Shown piece after piece: positions 20,017 through 29,016 of a stretch of DNA of 64,000 nucleotides. The position numbers and the translations under genes were made by a program. Under the pieces are notes generated by a model. It had not been told where the DNA came from. It was given only the letters and a program-made list of their open reading frames with translations, and ran no database searches. The stretch comes from Candidatus Woesebacteria bacterium (GTDB lineage Bacteria > Patescibacteriota > Microgenomatia > UBA12405). The stretch covers positions 13,697 to 77,696 of the forward strand of contig DAONDY010000001.1 in assembly GCA_035402805.1 (NCBI GenBank), given 5' to 3'. Positions within the stretch are counted from its first letter, which is position 1. The number at the start of each line of letters is the position of its first letter.

Positions 20017-20400
20017 TTAATTTGATATAACCTCACAAAGAGATTTTGAAAAATGAAATGTTGTTAAATTATCATTAGTCATAATATAACTCACTTCTAT
20101 TGCTTCGGCTCTATAACCAGATTTCTTTAGGGCTCCAACGAGAACTTCACGTTTAATGAAATAATATTTATCAAGACAATTCTCGTCACCTAAATTCTGA
20201 TCACAAAACCTAAAAAACGAACCAACTTCATCTGTTGTTTCTAATTTCAAACCAACTAAAAGGTTTCTAATTCCTTGGTCTAACAACTTGCCATTACCTA
20301 AATCGCTTGGTGCAACTTTAATTTCAATTAACATTTTATCCCATACTATCCTTTCAAAGTACTTTTTGTATCGAAGTATATCATAATAATAAAGCCTCAA
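20017..20400 (-). CDS. hypothetical protein (start uncertain)
   Basis: Only ORF filling the 460-bp femAB-gatC gap; no motif recognised. Confidence 0.5.
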   Translation of the reverse strand: MRLYYYDILRYKKYFERIVWDKMLIEIKVAPSDLGNGKLLDQGIRNLLVGLKLETTDEVGSFFRFCDQNLGDENCLDKYYFIKREVLVGALKKSGYRAEAIEVSYIMTNDNLTTFHFSKSLCEVISN

Positions 20401-20427
20401 TTTTTAAAAAATAGGTTAAAATAGACT

Positions 20428-20727
20428 ATGTCCGATCCAAAAATTTCTATGGCCGACCTAGAGCATATTGCTAAATTAGCCAGAATTAATTTATCTGAAC
20501 CAGAAAAAAAAACCTTTCTACCTCAACTCGAATCTGTTTTGGAATATCTTGATGTTTTAAATCAAGCTAATGTTGAAAATATAGAACCAACCTATCGTGT
20601 TAATGATCAAAAAAATATTTTAAGAAAAGATGAAGTTGCCGAGTCTTTTAACCAAAAAACAGCACTTTCTAGCGCCCCAAAAACCCAAGATGGTTATTTT
20701 ACTGTTCCTCAAACTATTAAAAAATAA
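20428..20727 (+). CDS. gatC: Asp/Glu-tRNA amidotransferase subunit C
   Basis: HIAKLARI, LRKD, AP...DGYF.VP; first gene of gatCAB. Confidence 0.95.
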   Translation: MSDPKISMADLEHIAKLARINLSEPEKKTFLPQLESVLEYLDVLNQANVENIEPTYRVNDQKNILRKDEVAESFNQKTALSSAPKTQDGYFTVPQTIKK

Positions 20728-20728
20728 T

Positions 20729-22192
20729 ATGGATTTAAAAAGTTTAACTATTTCTCAAATTCAAGAATTGCTGTTTTCTAAACAGATTTCTGCCGTCGAA
20801 ATTGTTAAATTTTATTTGCAAAGAATTAAAAAACTTGATCCTCAAATTAAATCTTTTATTACTGTAACAGAAAAAGAAGCCTTAAAACAGGCAGAAAATA
20901 TTGATAATAGAATTAAAAAAGGAGAGTCAGTCGGTAAATTAGCTGGTGCTGTTATGGCTGTTAAAGATATTTTCTTAACCAAAGATATTCAAACCACGGC
21001 CTCGTCTCAAGTTTTAAAAGACTATGTTCCCCAATATTCATCAACTATTTATCAAAAATTAATTAATGAAGATGCCATAGTTATTGGCAAAACCAATACT
21101 GATCCTTTTGCTTTTGGAGGGTCAACCGAAAATTCTGGCTTTTTTACAACTAAAAATCCTTGGAATCTTTCTAAAGTTCCCGGTGGTTCATCTGGTGGTT
21201 CTGCCGCCGCCGTAGCCGCTGATTTTTGCCAATTTGCTCTCGGTACCGATACTGGTGGTTCCATTCGTTTACCGGCCTCTCTGTGTAATATCAGCGGTCT
21301 AAAACCTACATATGGATTAAATTCTCGTTATGGCATCACTGCCATGGCTTCATCTTTTGATTGTCCTGGTGTTTTTGCCAAAAATGTTTCTGATTTAGCT
21401 CTAGTCACTGAAATCACCGCTGGTATTGATCCAAAAGATGCTACTACCATTAATAACCCAGTTCCAAATTACTCCCAAATTTTAGGTGATATTGATTTGA
21501 AAAAATTAAGAATTGGTATTCCTAAAGAATATTTTATTGATCCGATTAATATTGAAGTTAAAGAAAAAGTGATGAAAGCCGCTAAGCTTTTTGAAAGTAA
21601 TGGTGCCACTCTTGTTGATATTTCTTTACCTTCAACCAAACTCGGAATTGCTGTCTATTATATTTTGGTTCCTTCAGAAATCTCTGCCAACATGGCTCGT
21701 TATGATGGTATCCGTTTTGGTCGTAACACTAACAATAATCCAGATATTACTTCTTATTACATGAATACTCGTGGTCAATACATGGAGGCTGAAGTTAAAC
21801 GTCGAATTTTAATTGGAACTTATGCTCTATCTTCTGGTTATTATGATGCTTATTACACCAAGGCCTCAAAAGTTCGTACCCTTATAAAAAATGAGTTTAC
21901 CAATGCTCTTAAAAACGTCGACGTTATTTTAGCCCCAGTTTCTCCCACAGTCGCTTGGGATATTGGCGCCAAGGCCAACGATCCGCTTCAAATGTATTTA
22001 GTTGATGCTTTTACAGTTTGTATTAATGTCGCCGGAGTTCCATCAGTGGCTTTACCTTGTGGCTTTGATCAGACCAATTTACCTATCGGTTTTCAATTAA
22101 TTGGTAATTTTTTTGAAGAAGCTAAAATCCTTTCCATTGCTCACCAATATCAACAAATTACCGATTTTCACACCAATACTCCAAATTTATGA
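20729..22192 (+). CDS. gatA: Asp/Glu-tRNA amidotransferase subunit A
   Basis: Amidase signature PGGSSGGSAAAV, GTDTGGSIR, RYDG, EVKRRILIGT; start revised to ATG 20729. Confidence 0.97.
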   Translation: MDLKSLTISQIQELLFSKQISAVEIVKFYLQRIKKLDPQIKSFITVTEKEALKQAENIDNRIKKGESVGKLAGAVMAVKDIFLTKDIQTTASSQVLKDYVPQYSSTIYQKLINEDAIVIGKTNTDPFAFGGSTENSGFFTTKNPWNLSKVPGGSSGGSAAAVAADFCQFALGTDTGGSIRLPASLCNISGLKPTYGLNSRYGITAMASSFDCPGVFAKNVSDLALVTEITAGIDPKDATTINNPVPNYSQILGDIDLKKLRIGIPKEYFIDPINIEVKEKVMKAAKLFESNGATLVDISLPSTKLGIAVYYILVPSEISANMARYDGIRFGRNTNNNPDITSYYMNTRGQYMEAEVKRRILIGTYALSSGYYDAYYTKASKVRTLIKNEFTNALKNVDVILAPVSPTVAWDIGAKANDPLQMYLVDAFTVCINVAGVPSVALPCGFDQTNLPIGFQLIGNFFEEAKILSIAHQYQQITDFHTNTPNL

Positions 22193-22217
22193 AAAATTTA
22201 AATTTTAAATTTTTGAC

Positions 22218-22265
22218 TTCTCCCTTTTTTAAGGGGAGATGTCGCTTTAGCGACAGAGAGGTTTT
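22218..22265 (+). repeat. double-hairpin REP-like element, copy C (gatA-gatB spacer)
   Basis: TTCTCCCTTTTTTAAGGGGAGATGTCGCTTTAGCGACAGAGAGGTTTT; same hairpin 1 and tail as copy A, with a co-varied hairpin 2. Confidence 0.9.
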
Positions 22266-22268
22266 AAT

Positions 22269-23717
22269 ATGAAAATAACCCCTATTATTGGACTTGAAGT
22301 TCATGTTGAATTAAAAACAAAATCAAAAATGTTTTGTTCTTGCTCAGCCGAACATTTTCATGTTGATCCCAACACTCACACTTGTCCTACCTGTCTCGGC
22401 CTTCCAGGGGCTCTTCCAGTGCCAAATAAAACTGCCTGTGAATGGTGTCTTAAATTAGGACTTGCTCTTGGTTGTACTCCCAACGAATCTAGTTTTTTTG
22501 AAAGAAAAAATTATTTTTATCCTGACTTGTCTAAAGGTTATCAGCTTACTCAATATGAAAAGCCTTTTGTTGTTAATGGCAAAATTAAGGTTGGTGATCA
22601 AGAAGTCAGAATTAATCGTGCTCATATGGAAGAGGATACTGGCAAATCTGTTCATATCAAAGACAATAGTCAAGAGTTAACTCTTATTGATTACAATCGT
22701 TGTGGTGTTCCATTGGTCGAGATTGTTTCCGAACCAGACATAACTTCTCCGGAAATGGCCAAAGATTATTTACTCAAAATGCAGCAAATTATCCGATATT
22801 TAGGCATTTCCGATGCAGACATTGAAAAAGGTAGTATGCGTTGTGAACCAACCGTTAATTTAAAAATAGAAAAAGATGGTCAAGAATTTTTTACTCCTTT
22901 AGTTGAAATTAAAAATGTTGCCTCTTTAACTGGTGTTCAAACAGCTATTGATTTCGAAATTAAACGTCAAACCGAAGCTTTTAATCAAACTGGCGAAGTC
23001 AAATCAAAAACCAATAAAAACACTTATGGTTGGGATGCTGATAAAAACCAAACTTTCTTACAACGCGAAAAAGAAGGTTCTTCAGATTATCGTTATTTTC
23101 CTGAACCAGATATTCCTCATATTGAATTTACCAAAGCCGAAATTGAAGCCATTAAGGCCACTATCCCTGAATTGCCTGATCAAAAAATAGAAAGATATAA
23201 AAAAGATTTTGCCTTAAACGATTATGATGCTAATCTTTTGGCTTCTGACTTTTCTTTTTCACAGGCTTTTGAAAAGGCTATTGGTCAAAATCCAGAATCA
23301 GCTTTCGTCAAATTTACTGCCAATCTATTTTTAGGTGCCATTAAAACTTATTTAAATGAATCTCAAAAAGATCTCGATATTAATAAAATTAATTCGAAAT
23401 ATTTTAAAAACCTTTTTGATTCAGTTTCTAAATCTGAAATCTCAGCTACTGTTGCCAAACAAGTTATCGTCGAAAGTTATTATATCGATCAAGACCCAGT
23501 TGAAATTGCTAAAAATTCTGGATTAATTCAAGTTTCCGATTCTAGCGAAATTGCCAAAATTGCCAAAGAGGTGATTAATACTAATCCAAAAGCAGTTGAT
23601 GATTATAAAAAGAACCCAGCCTCAATTGGCTTTTTAATTGGTCAATTAATGAAAGCTTCTAAAGGCTCCGCCAACCCTAAACTAGCCAAAGAAATTTTAG
23701 AAAAATTGTTAAATTAA
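22269..23717 (+). CDS. gatB: Asp/Glu-tRNA amidotransferase subunit B
   Basis: IGLEVHVEL, RKNYFYPDL, HMEED.GK, DYRYFPEPD, GQLMK..KG.ANP. Confidence 0.97.
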   Translation: MKITPIIGLEVHVELKTKSKMFCSCSAEHFHVDPNTHTCPTCLGLPGALPVPNKTACEWCLKLGLALGCTPNESSFFERKNYFYPDLSKGYQLTQYEKPFVVNGKIKVGDQEVRINRAHMEEDTGKSVHIKDNSQELTLIDYNRCGVPLVEIVSEPDITSPEMAKDYLLKMQQIIRYLGISDADIEKGSMRCEPTVNLKIEKDGQEFFTPLVEIKNVASLTGVQTAIDFEIKRQTEAFNQTGEVKSKTNKNTYGWDADKNQTFLQREKEGSSDYRYFPEPDIPHIEFTKAEIEAIKATIPELPDQKIERYKKDFALNDYDANLLASDFSFSQAFEKAIGQNPESAFVKFTANLFLGAIKTYLNESQKDLDINKINSKYFKNLFDSVSKSEISATVAKQVIVESYYIDQDPVEIAKNSGLIQVSDSSEIAKIAKEVINTNPKAVDDYKKNPASIGFLIGQLMKASKGSANPKLAKEILEKLLN

Positions 23718-23747
23718 TTTCGGGAAAATCTGTTAGTATTAATTAAC

Positions 23748-23897
23748 ATGACCAAGAAAAAATCCACCCAAAAAAAATCGTCAGTTAAAAGAACCCCTGT
23801 CAAAAAAATAAAATGTTGGAGTGAAGATCCAAATTTTTTGGTGTTTTTACTTGCTGCCTCCATTGTTGCTTTTTCTTTTCTATTTCGTTTTCTTTAA
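23748..23897 (+). CDS. 49-aa Lys-rich small protein with C-terminal TM helix (not in the ORF track)
   Basis: MTKKKSTQKKSSVKRTPVKKIKCWSEDPNFLVFLLAASIVAFSFLFRFL*; TGTTAGTAT extended -10 8 nt upstream; fills the gatB-helicase gap. Confidence 0.7.
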   Translation: MTKKKSTQKKSSVKRTPVKKIKCWSEDPNFLVFLLAASIVAFSFLFRFL

Positions 23898-23921
23898 TTC
23901 AGTCCTTGGTAAAATAGCCTA

Positions 23922-26900
23922 GTGAGTAATAAATCTTTTTTATCAGAATATCAGAAATTAAACCCTGAACAAAAGCTAGCTGTTGATACTATTGAAGGTC
24001 CAGTTATGGTCATTGCCGGCGCCGGCACTGGTAAAACTCAAACCATTACCTTAAGAGTCGGAAAAATTTTAGAAGAAACCCAAACTAACCCTAGTAGCAT
24101 TTTATGTCTCACTTTTACTGACTCCGCCGCTCTTAATATGCGGTCTCGATTATTAAATTTAATCGGGTCTGATGCTTACGGTGTCCGTATCTGTACTTTT
24201 CATGCTTTCTGTAATTCGGTCATCAAAGATAATCCCCAATATTTTCTTTTTTCCCAAAAAGAGTCAATTCCCCTGGATGATGTTAAAAAAATTCAAATTA
24301 TTAGAAGTTTAATTGATAAACTCCCGCAAGCCAGTCAATTAAAAAACATCAATGCTCTTTATTTTTATCAAAATGAAATCAGTAAAAACATTCAGAATTT
24401 AAAAAAAGAAAATATTACCCCGGACAAATTTGAAGAATTAATTAACAACGCCGCCGATTTTGTAAAAATTTCCGATTCTTTTGCTGACAAACTTGGCCAA
24501 ATTCGAGCCACCTCAAAAGCTTCCTCAGAAATTACTAATCTTGTTAAAGATTTAATTTATCAGCTTAAAGATTTACCTGTTTATCAAACTAAAATTAATT
24601 TATTTTTAAATCTTTACGGTCAAGAATCTCTTTCACTTTCTGATTTCAAAAAAAGTGTTAGAGATTTAATTGAAAAAACTGGGTCTCAAATTAGCAAACA
24701 AAAAGATTTATTAATTCTTTACCGTGGCTATCAACAACAATTAATTGAGCAAAATCTTTATGATTATGAAGACATGATCCTCTGGGTCATTAATGCCTTT
24801 AAAAATAATCGTGAACTTCTTTTGGATTATCAGGAAAAATTTCAATATATTTTGGTTGACGAATTTCAAGACAGCAATAATGCTCAATATGAAATTATAA
24901 ATTTACTTACTCAAAACCAAGAAACACCTAATATTTTTGTTGTTGGTGATGATGATCAGTCTATTTATCGTTTTCAGGGTGCCTCCATCGAAAATATTTT
25001 TTCCTTCTATCAAAAGTACCAAAAAGATATTAAAGTCATCATTCTAAAAAATAATTATCGCAGCCATAAATTAATTTTAGATTCTTCAAACAATGTTATT
25101 TCTCATAATGAAAATCGCATCAGCCGCTATATCGAAAATCTAGATAAATCCCTAAAATCGGTTAAAACATTTGACCCAGATCCAATTAACCTTTTTGCTG
25201 CTAGTAATTTTAATGAAGAGAATTTTTATGTTGCCAATAAAATCAAAGAATTAATAAAATCGGGAACTAAACCGTCGGAAATTGCCGTTTTATTTAGAAA
25301 TAATTCTGATGTTAATGATTTATTACCATATCTTTCTCAACTAAATATAAAATATCTTCGCTCTGATTCTATTGATATTTTTGAATCGGTTGAAATTCAA
25401 CAATTAGTTTCTCTTTTTCAGTATTTAGTTAATCCCATAAATAATGAAACCTTAGGTAAGATTTTATCTTTCAATTTTTTAGATATTAAATCTATCGACC
25501 TCTATAAACTTTATCTTTACACCTATAAAACTAAAGAATCTCTTTTTGAAATTATCGGTGACAAAAACAAATTACACGATTTAGAAATTTCACCATCTTC
25601 AATTATTAAATTAAATAATTTTTATCTTCGCGTTGCTAAAATTCAAAAATTAATTCAAAACAAACCACTTCCAGACATTTTTAATTTTGTTATTAGAAAA
25701 TTTAAATTTTTATCGTACGTTTTACGTCATCGGGACATCGAAACTTTAAAACAGTTAAACACACTCTATTCCCAATTAAAAAATTCTTTATCAATTGAAA
25801 AAATTGATCTCAAATCTTGGGTAGAGAATATTTTGCTCTTACAGGAAAATAAATTAGATCTAAAATCTCCGCCGTTAATTGACGATTTAGAAAACAGTAT
25901 TAAATTAATGACTGTTCATAAATCCAAAGGTTTAGAATTTGAACACGTTTTTCTAATCAAGGTTTTATCCGGTAAATGGGATAATTCTGCTTCACGATCT
26001 TTAATTAAATTACCTTTAGGAATTTCTGCTTCCGACGCTGTTCAAATCGATAATAAAGATATTGAAGAGGATCGCCGTCTTTTTTACGTAGCTCTTACCC
26101 GTGCTAAAAATCAAATTTATATTTCTTATCCTAAGTTTAATGATAATGGCAAAGAACAGCTCCACTCTGTTTTTATTAATGAAATAGATGATCAATTAAT
26201 CGATAAAAAATCTTCCGATTCTCAAACAGAAGCTGAAAGCTTACGACTCTTTTTCACCCCACAAAATTCCACTTTACTTTCTAAGTCACTTTCTGGTTAT
26301 ATTAAAAATTATTTAGATACTACCTATAAATTTAATATTACTCATCTCAATTCTTATCTTAAATGTCCGCTTTGTTTTTTCTTTAAAACTATTTTGCATT
26401 TACCCCAATCCAAAACCACCAGTCTTTCTTTCGGAACTAGTGTTCATGGTGCTTTATCTTATCTCTACACCAGTCTTAAAAAAGATAATATTTTAATTTC
26501 TCTTGAAAAATTTTTAGATATTTTTAAACAAAATCTTGACCGTGAACAAGTTGAAGAAAAATCTTATCAAGACCTTTTAGAGAAGGGTAAAGAAGTCCTT
26601 ACTAAATATTACGAAAATTATAAAAATTCATTTACGGGTAATTATTTTTCTGAAAGAGATTTTAAATTTTATGGTGCCCGACTTGGCAATATCCCGATTA
26701 CCGGTAAAATTGATTTAATCGATGTTACCAGTAAAAATGAGGCCAATGTTATTGATTTTAAAACCGGTCGCCCCGACGGAAAGTATCAGCAATTGTCTCC
26801 CGATGGTGATTATTTCCGTCAGTTAGTTTTTTATAAAATTCTCTGTCAGCAATCCAAGGGTTTTCCATATCAAATTAATCAAGGCACTATCGATTTCATT

Positions 26901-27092
26901 GAAACCAATCAAAAAAATCAGTTTGAGCGAAAAACTTTTAATCTCACTCAAGACGACGTTAATAAATTAACCATCTTAATTCAAGACACTTTTCAAAAAA
27001 TTTCTAATTTAGAATTTGCCCCATCTGATACTTGTAATGATCCCGATCATCTCCATTATTTGTTTGATAAATATTTTAAAAATGAAAGTTAA
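23922..27092 (+). CDS. UvrD-like helicase fused to a C-terminal PD-(D/E)XK (RecB-family) nuclease (AddA/AdnB-like)
   Basis: AGAGTGKT, VDEFQD, MTVHKSKGLEF, EEDRRLFYVALTRA; then SYLKCP, FGTSVH, GKIDLID, IDFKTG, QLVFY. Confidence 0.92.
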   Translation: MSNKSFLSEYQKLNPEQKLAVDTIEGPVMVIAGAGTGKTQTITLRVGKILEETQTNPSSILCLTFTDSAALNMRSRLLNLIGSDAYGVRICTFHAFCNSVIKDNPQYFLFSQKESIPLDDVKKIQIIRSLIDKLPQASQLKNINALYFYQNEISKNIQNLKKENITPDKFEELINNAADFVKISDSFADKLGQIRATSKASSEITNLVKDLIYQLKDLPVYQTKINLFLNLYGQESLSLSDFKKSVRDLIEKTGSQISKQKDLLILYRGYQQQLIEQNLYDYEDMILWVINAFKNNRELLLDYQEKFQYILVDEFQDSNNAQYEIINLLTQNQETPNIFVVGDDDQSIYRFQGASIENIFSFYQKYQKDIKVIILKNNYRSHKLILDSSNNVISHNENRISRYIENLDKSLKSVKTFDPDPINLFAASNFNEENFYVANKIKELIKSGTKPSEIAVLFRNNSDVNDLLPYLSQLNIKYLRSDSIDIFESVEIQQLVSLFQYLVNPINNETLGKILSFNFLDIKSIDLYKLYLYTYKTKESLFEIIGDKNKLHDLEISPSSIIKLNNFYLRVAKIQKLIQNKPLPDIFNFVIRKFKFLSYVLRHRDIETLKQLNTLYSQLKNSLSIEKIDLKSWVENILLLQENKLDLKSPPLIDDLENSIKLMTVHKSKGLEFEHVFLIKVLSGKWDNSASRSLIKLPLGISASDAVQIDNKDIEEDRRLFYVALTRAKNQIYISYPKFNDNGKEQLHSVFINEIDDQLIDKKSSDSQTEAESLRLFFTPQNSTLLSKSLSGYIKNYLDTTYKFNITHLNSYLKCPLCFFFKTILHLPQSKTTSLSFGTSVHGALSYLYTSLKKDNILISLEKFLDIFKQNLDREQVEEKSYQDLLEKGKEVLTKYYENYKNSFTGNYFSERDFKFYGARLGNIPITGKIDLIDVTSKNEANVIDFKTGRPDGKYQQLSPDGDYFRQLVFYKILCQQSKGFPYQINQGTIDFIETNQKNQFERKTFNLTQDDVNKLTILIQDTFQKISNLEFAPSDTCNDPDHLHYLFDKYFKNES

Positions 27093-27513
27093 AATAAGAC
27101 GTTTTGACAAAAGTTTACCAATGCCTGTTTATAAAACACCTGGCTCTGTAGCTGTCGATTTATATTCCAGAGTCGATGTTGAAATTCCTGCCGGTGAAAT
27201 TTTTTATATTCCCATGAATATTGCCATAGAAATTCCTCAAGGTTATTTTGTTTTATTAGCAGCTAGAAGTTCAGTTCACAAAATGGGTATTCAACCAATC
27301 AATGGAGTTGGAATTTTTGATCGTGATTTTTGCGGTGACAACGATGAATATCATTTTATTGTCAGAAATTTTACTAACGATACAGTAAAAATAGAAAAAG
27401 GAACTCGTCTTTGCCAACTTTTATTAATGAAATACGACATTTTTGAGTTTGAGGAAGTTAATGAAATGGGTAATCCTTCCCGTGGTGGTATTGGCTCAAC
27501 TGGAACAAAATAA
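27082..27513 (+). CDS. dut: dUTP diphosphatase (trimeric)
   Basis: AVDL, ARSS, GIFDRDFCG, RLCQ, RGGIGSTG; start revised to 27082. Confidence 0.93.
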   Translation: MKVKIRRFDKSLPMPVYKTPGSVAVDLYSRVDVEIPAGEIFYIPMNIAIEIPQGYFVLLAARSSVHKMGIQPINGVGIFDRDFCGDNDEYHFIVRNFTNDTVKIEKGTRLCQLLLMKYDIFEFEEVNEMGNPSRGGIGSTGTK

Positions 27514-27538
27514 TTAAGATTGAATGATAAAATTTAGT

Positions 27539-28624
27539 ATGACATTTGTTTATATTCTTCTTCTTTTAATTCTCGCCACCTTACTTTTTTTGATTTTCAA
27601 ATCCAAAAAATCTAATTCCGAAGATTTAAATAAAGAAATTTCTAATTCTTTAAATCAAATTTTCCCCGAAGTTTTGAAAAACGCCAATCAACAATTAATT
27701 ACCATGGCCGATCAAAAAATTGGCACTGATTTAAACAACAAAAAGCAGGCGATTGAAGAATTAGTCAACAGGGCATTAACCGAAATAACCAAAAATAATG
27801 CCAAAATGGAAGAAGTTGAAAAATCTCGTATTGGTTCCTTTTCCACTTTAACTGAAAAATTAGAAGAACAAAAAGTTTTGACTCATCAATTAAAAACCAC
27901 CACTGAAGGTCTTAAAAACGTTTTAAGTAACAATCAAATGCGTGGTGCTTTTGGTGAACAAGTGGCCGAGGATTTATTAAAAATGTCTGGTTTTGTATCT
28001 GGAGTCAGTTATGATAAACAGCTCTCTGGCGACACTTCCCGTCCCGATTTTACCGTCTATATGCCCGATCGTATGAAGATTAACGTCGATTCTAAATTCC
28101 CTTATCAAAATTTAGTCAAAATGAGTGAGTCTGATAATAAAGAAGAAAAAGAACGTTTCAAAAAATTATTTGAACAAGATATTAAAACTAAAATTAAAGA
28201 GGTGACTAGTCGCGAATATATTAATCCTGAAGAAAATACTGTCGATTTTGTCATTCTTTTTATTCCTAATGAAATGATTTTTAGTTTTATTTACGATCGT
28301 TTTCCAGAAATTTGGCAAGATGCCATGGCTAAAAAAGTTATTTTAGCTGGCCCTTTCAGTTTTACCGCTATTTTAAGAATGGTTCATCAAGCCTACGACA
28401 ATTTCCGTTACCAAAAAAATGTTGCCACTATCATTGGTTATATCAAAAAATTTGCCGAAGAATTTGATAATTACAATAAAGGTTTCAAAGATATTGGTGC
28501 CGGAATCGAATCCTTACAAAAAAAATACACTGCTGTCGATACCACTCGCACTAATCAGTTAGTTAAAATTGTTAATAAAATTAAAACCGAAGAACCAGAT
28601 TCCAATTTAAAACTTCATGAATAA
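27539..28624 (+). CDS. rmuC: DNA recombination protein RmuC
   Basis: N-terminal TM, coiled coil, RGAFGE, RPDF.V.MP, VDSKFP, TVDFVILFIPNE. Confidence 0.92.
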   Translation: MTFVYILLLLILATLLFLIFKSKKSNSEDLNKEISNSLNQIFPEVLKNANQQLITMADQKIGTDLNNKKQAIEELVNRALTEITKNNAKMEEVEKSRIGSFSTLTEKLEEQKVLTHQLKTTTEGLKNVLSNNQMRGAFGEQVAEDLLKMSGFVSGVSYDKQLSGDTSRPDFTVYMPDRMKINVDSKFPYQNLVKMSESDNKEEKERFKKLFEQDIKTKIKEVTSREYINPEENTVDFVILFIPNEMIFSFIYDRFPEIWQDAMAKKVILAGPFSFTAILRMVHQAYDNFRYQKNVATIIGYIKKFAEEFDNYNKGFKDIGAGIESLQKKYTAVDTTRTNQLVKIVNKIKTEEPDSNLKLHE

Positions 28625-28964
28625 AAAGTTTTTTTATTATTCGCTTTCTCTTGCTTCTATTTTTTTGATTTTTGTCAATTTTGTTTCACCCGAATTTCTT
28701 TGGTCCAAAATAATTTTCTTCTTTGTTATATTTTGTTTCTTCTTTTCCGTTGTTTGTATTTTCTCACAAAAATATAAATTAAATTTATTCCTGTCTATCT
28801 ATTTAATTTTGTTAATTTTATTTTATTTTTTCCATCAACTTAATTTATTAAATTTTTGTATCCTTACCGGCATCATAATTACCGTCATATTTTTAATCAA
28901 AAACGATCAAAAATCGAAATTAAATCCCAAATCTAAGCCTAAATTTAGCAGTCAATCAACTTGA
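28617..28964 (+). CDS. hypothetical multi-TM membrane protein
   Basis: About four hydrophobic segments; overlaps the rmuC stop. Confidence 0.65.
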   Translation: MNKKFFYYSLSLASIFLIFVNFVSPEFLWSKIIFFFVIFCFFFSVVCIFSQKYKLNLFLSIYLILLILFYFFHQLNLLNFCILTGIIITVIFLIKNDQKSKLNPKSKPKFSSQST

Positions 28965-28971
28965 GTGATAT
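28945..28971 (+). promoter_or_regulatory. CIRCE operator 1 (HrcA site)
   Basis: TTAGCAGTC-N9-GAGTGATAT versus consensus TTAGCACTC-N9-GAGTGCTAA; directly upstream of hrcA. Confidence 0.85.
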
Positions 28972-28978
28972 TTACCTC

Positions 28979-29015
28979 TTGACACTATCTAGCACTCGGT
29001 CTATTATATTGCTAA
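28979..29015 (+). promoter_or_regulatory. sigma70 promoter of the hrcA operon overlapped by CIRCE operator 2
   Basis: TTGACA (28979-84), 17 bp, TATTAT (29002-07); CTAGCACTC-N9-TATTGCTAA at 28989-29015. Confidence 0.82.
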
Positions 29016-29016
29016 T

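Noticed and set aside
22192-22214. AT-only palindrome AAAAATTTAAA-T-TTTAAATTTTT before repeat copy C
   Set aside because: Low complexity in an AT-rich genome and not present beside the other copies.
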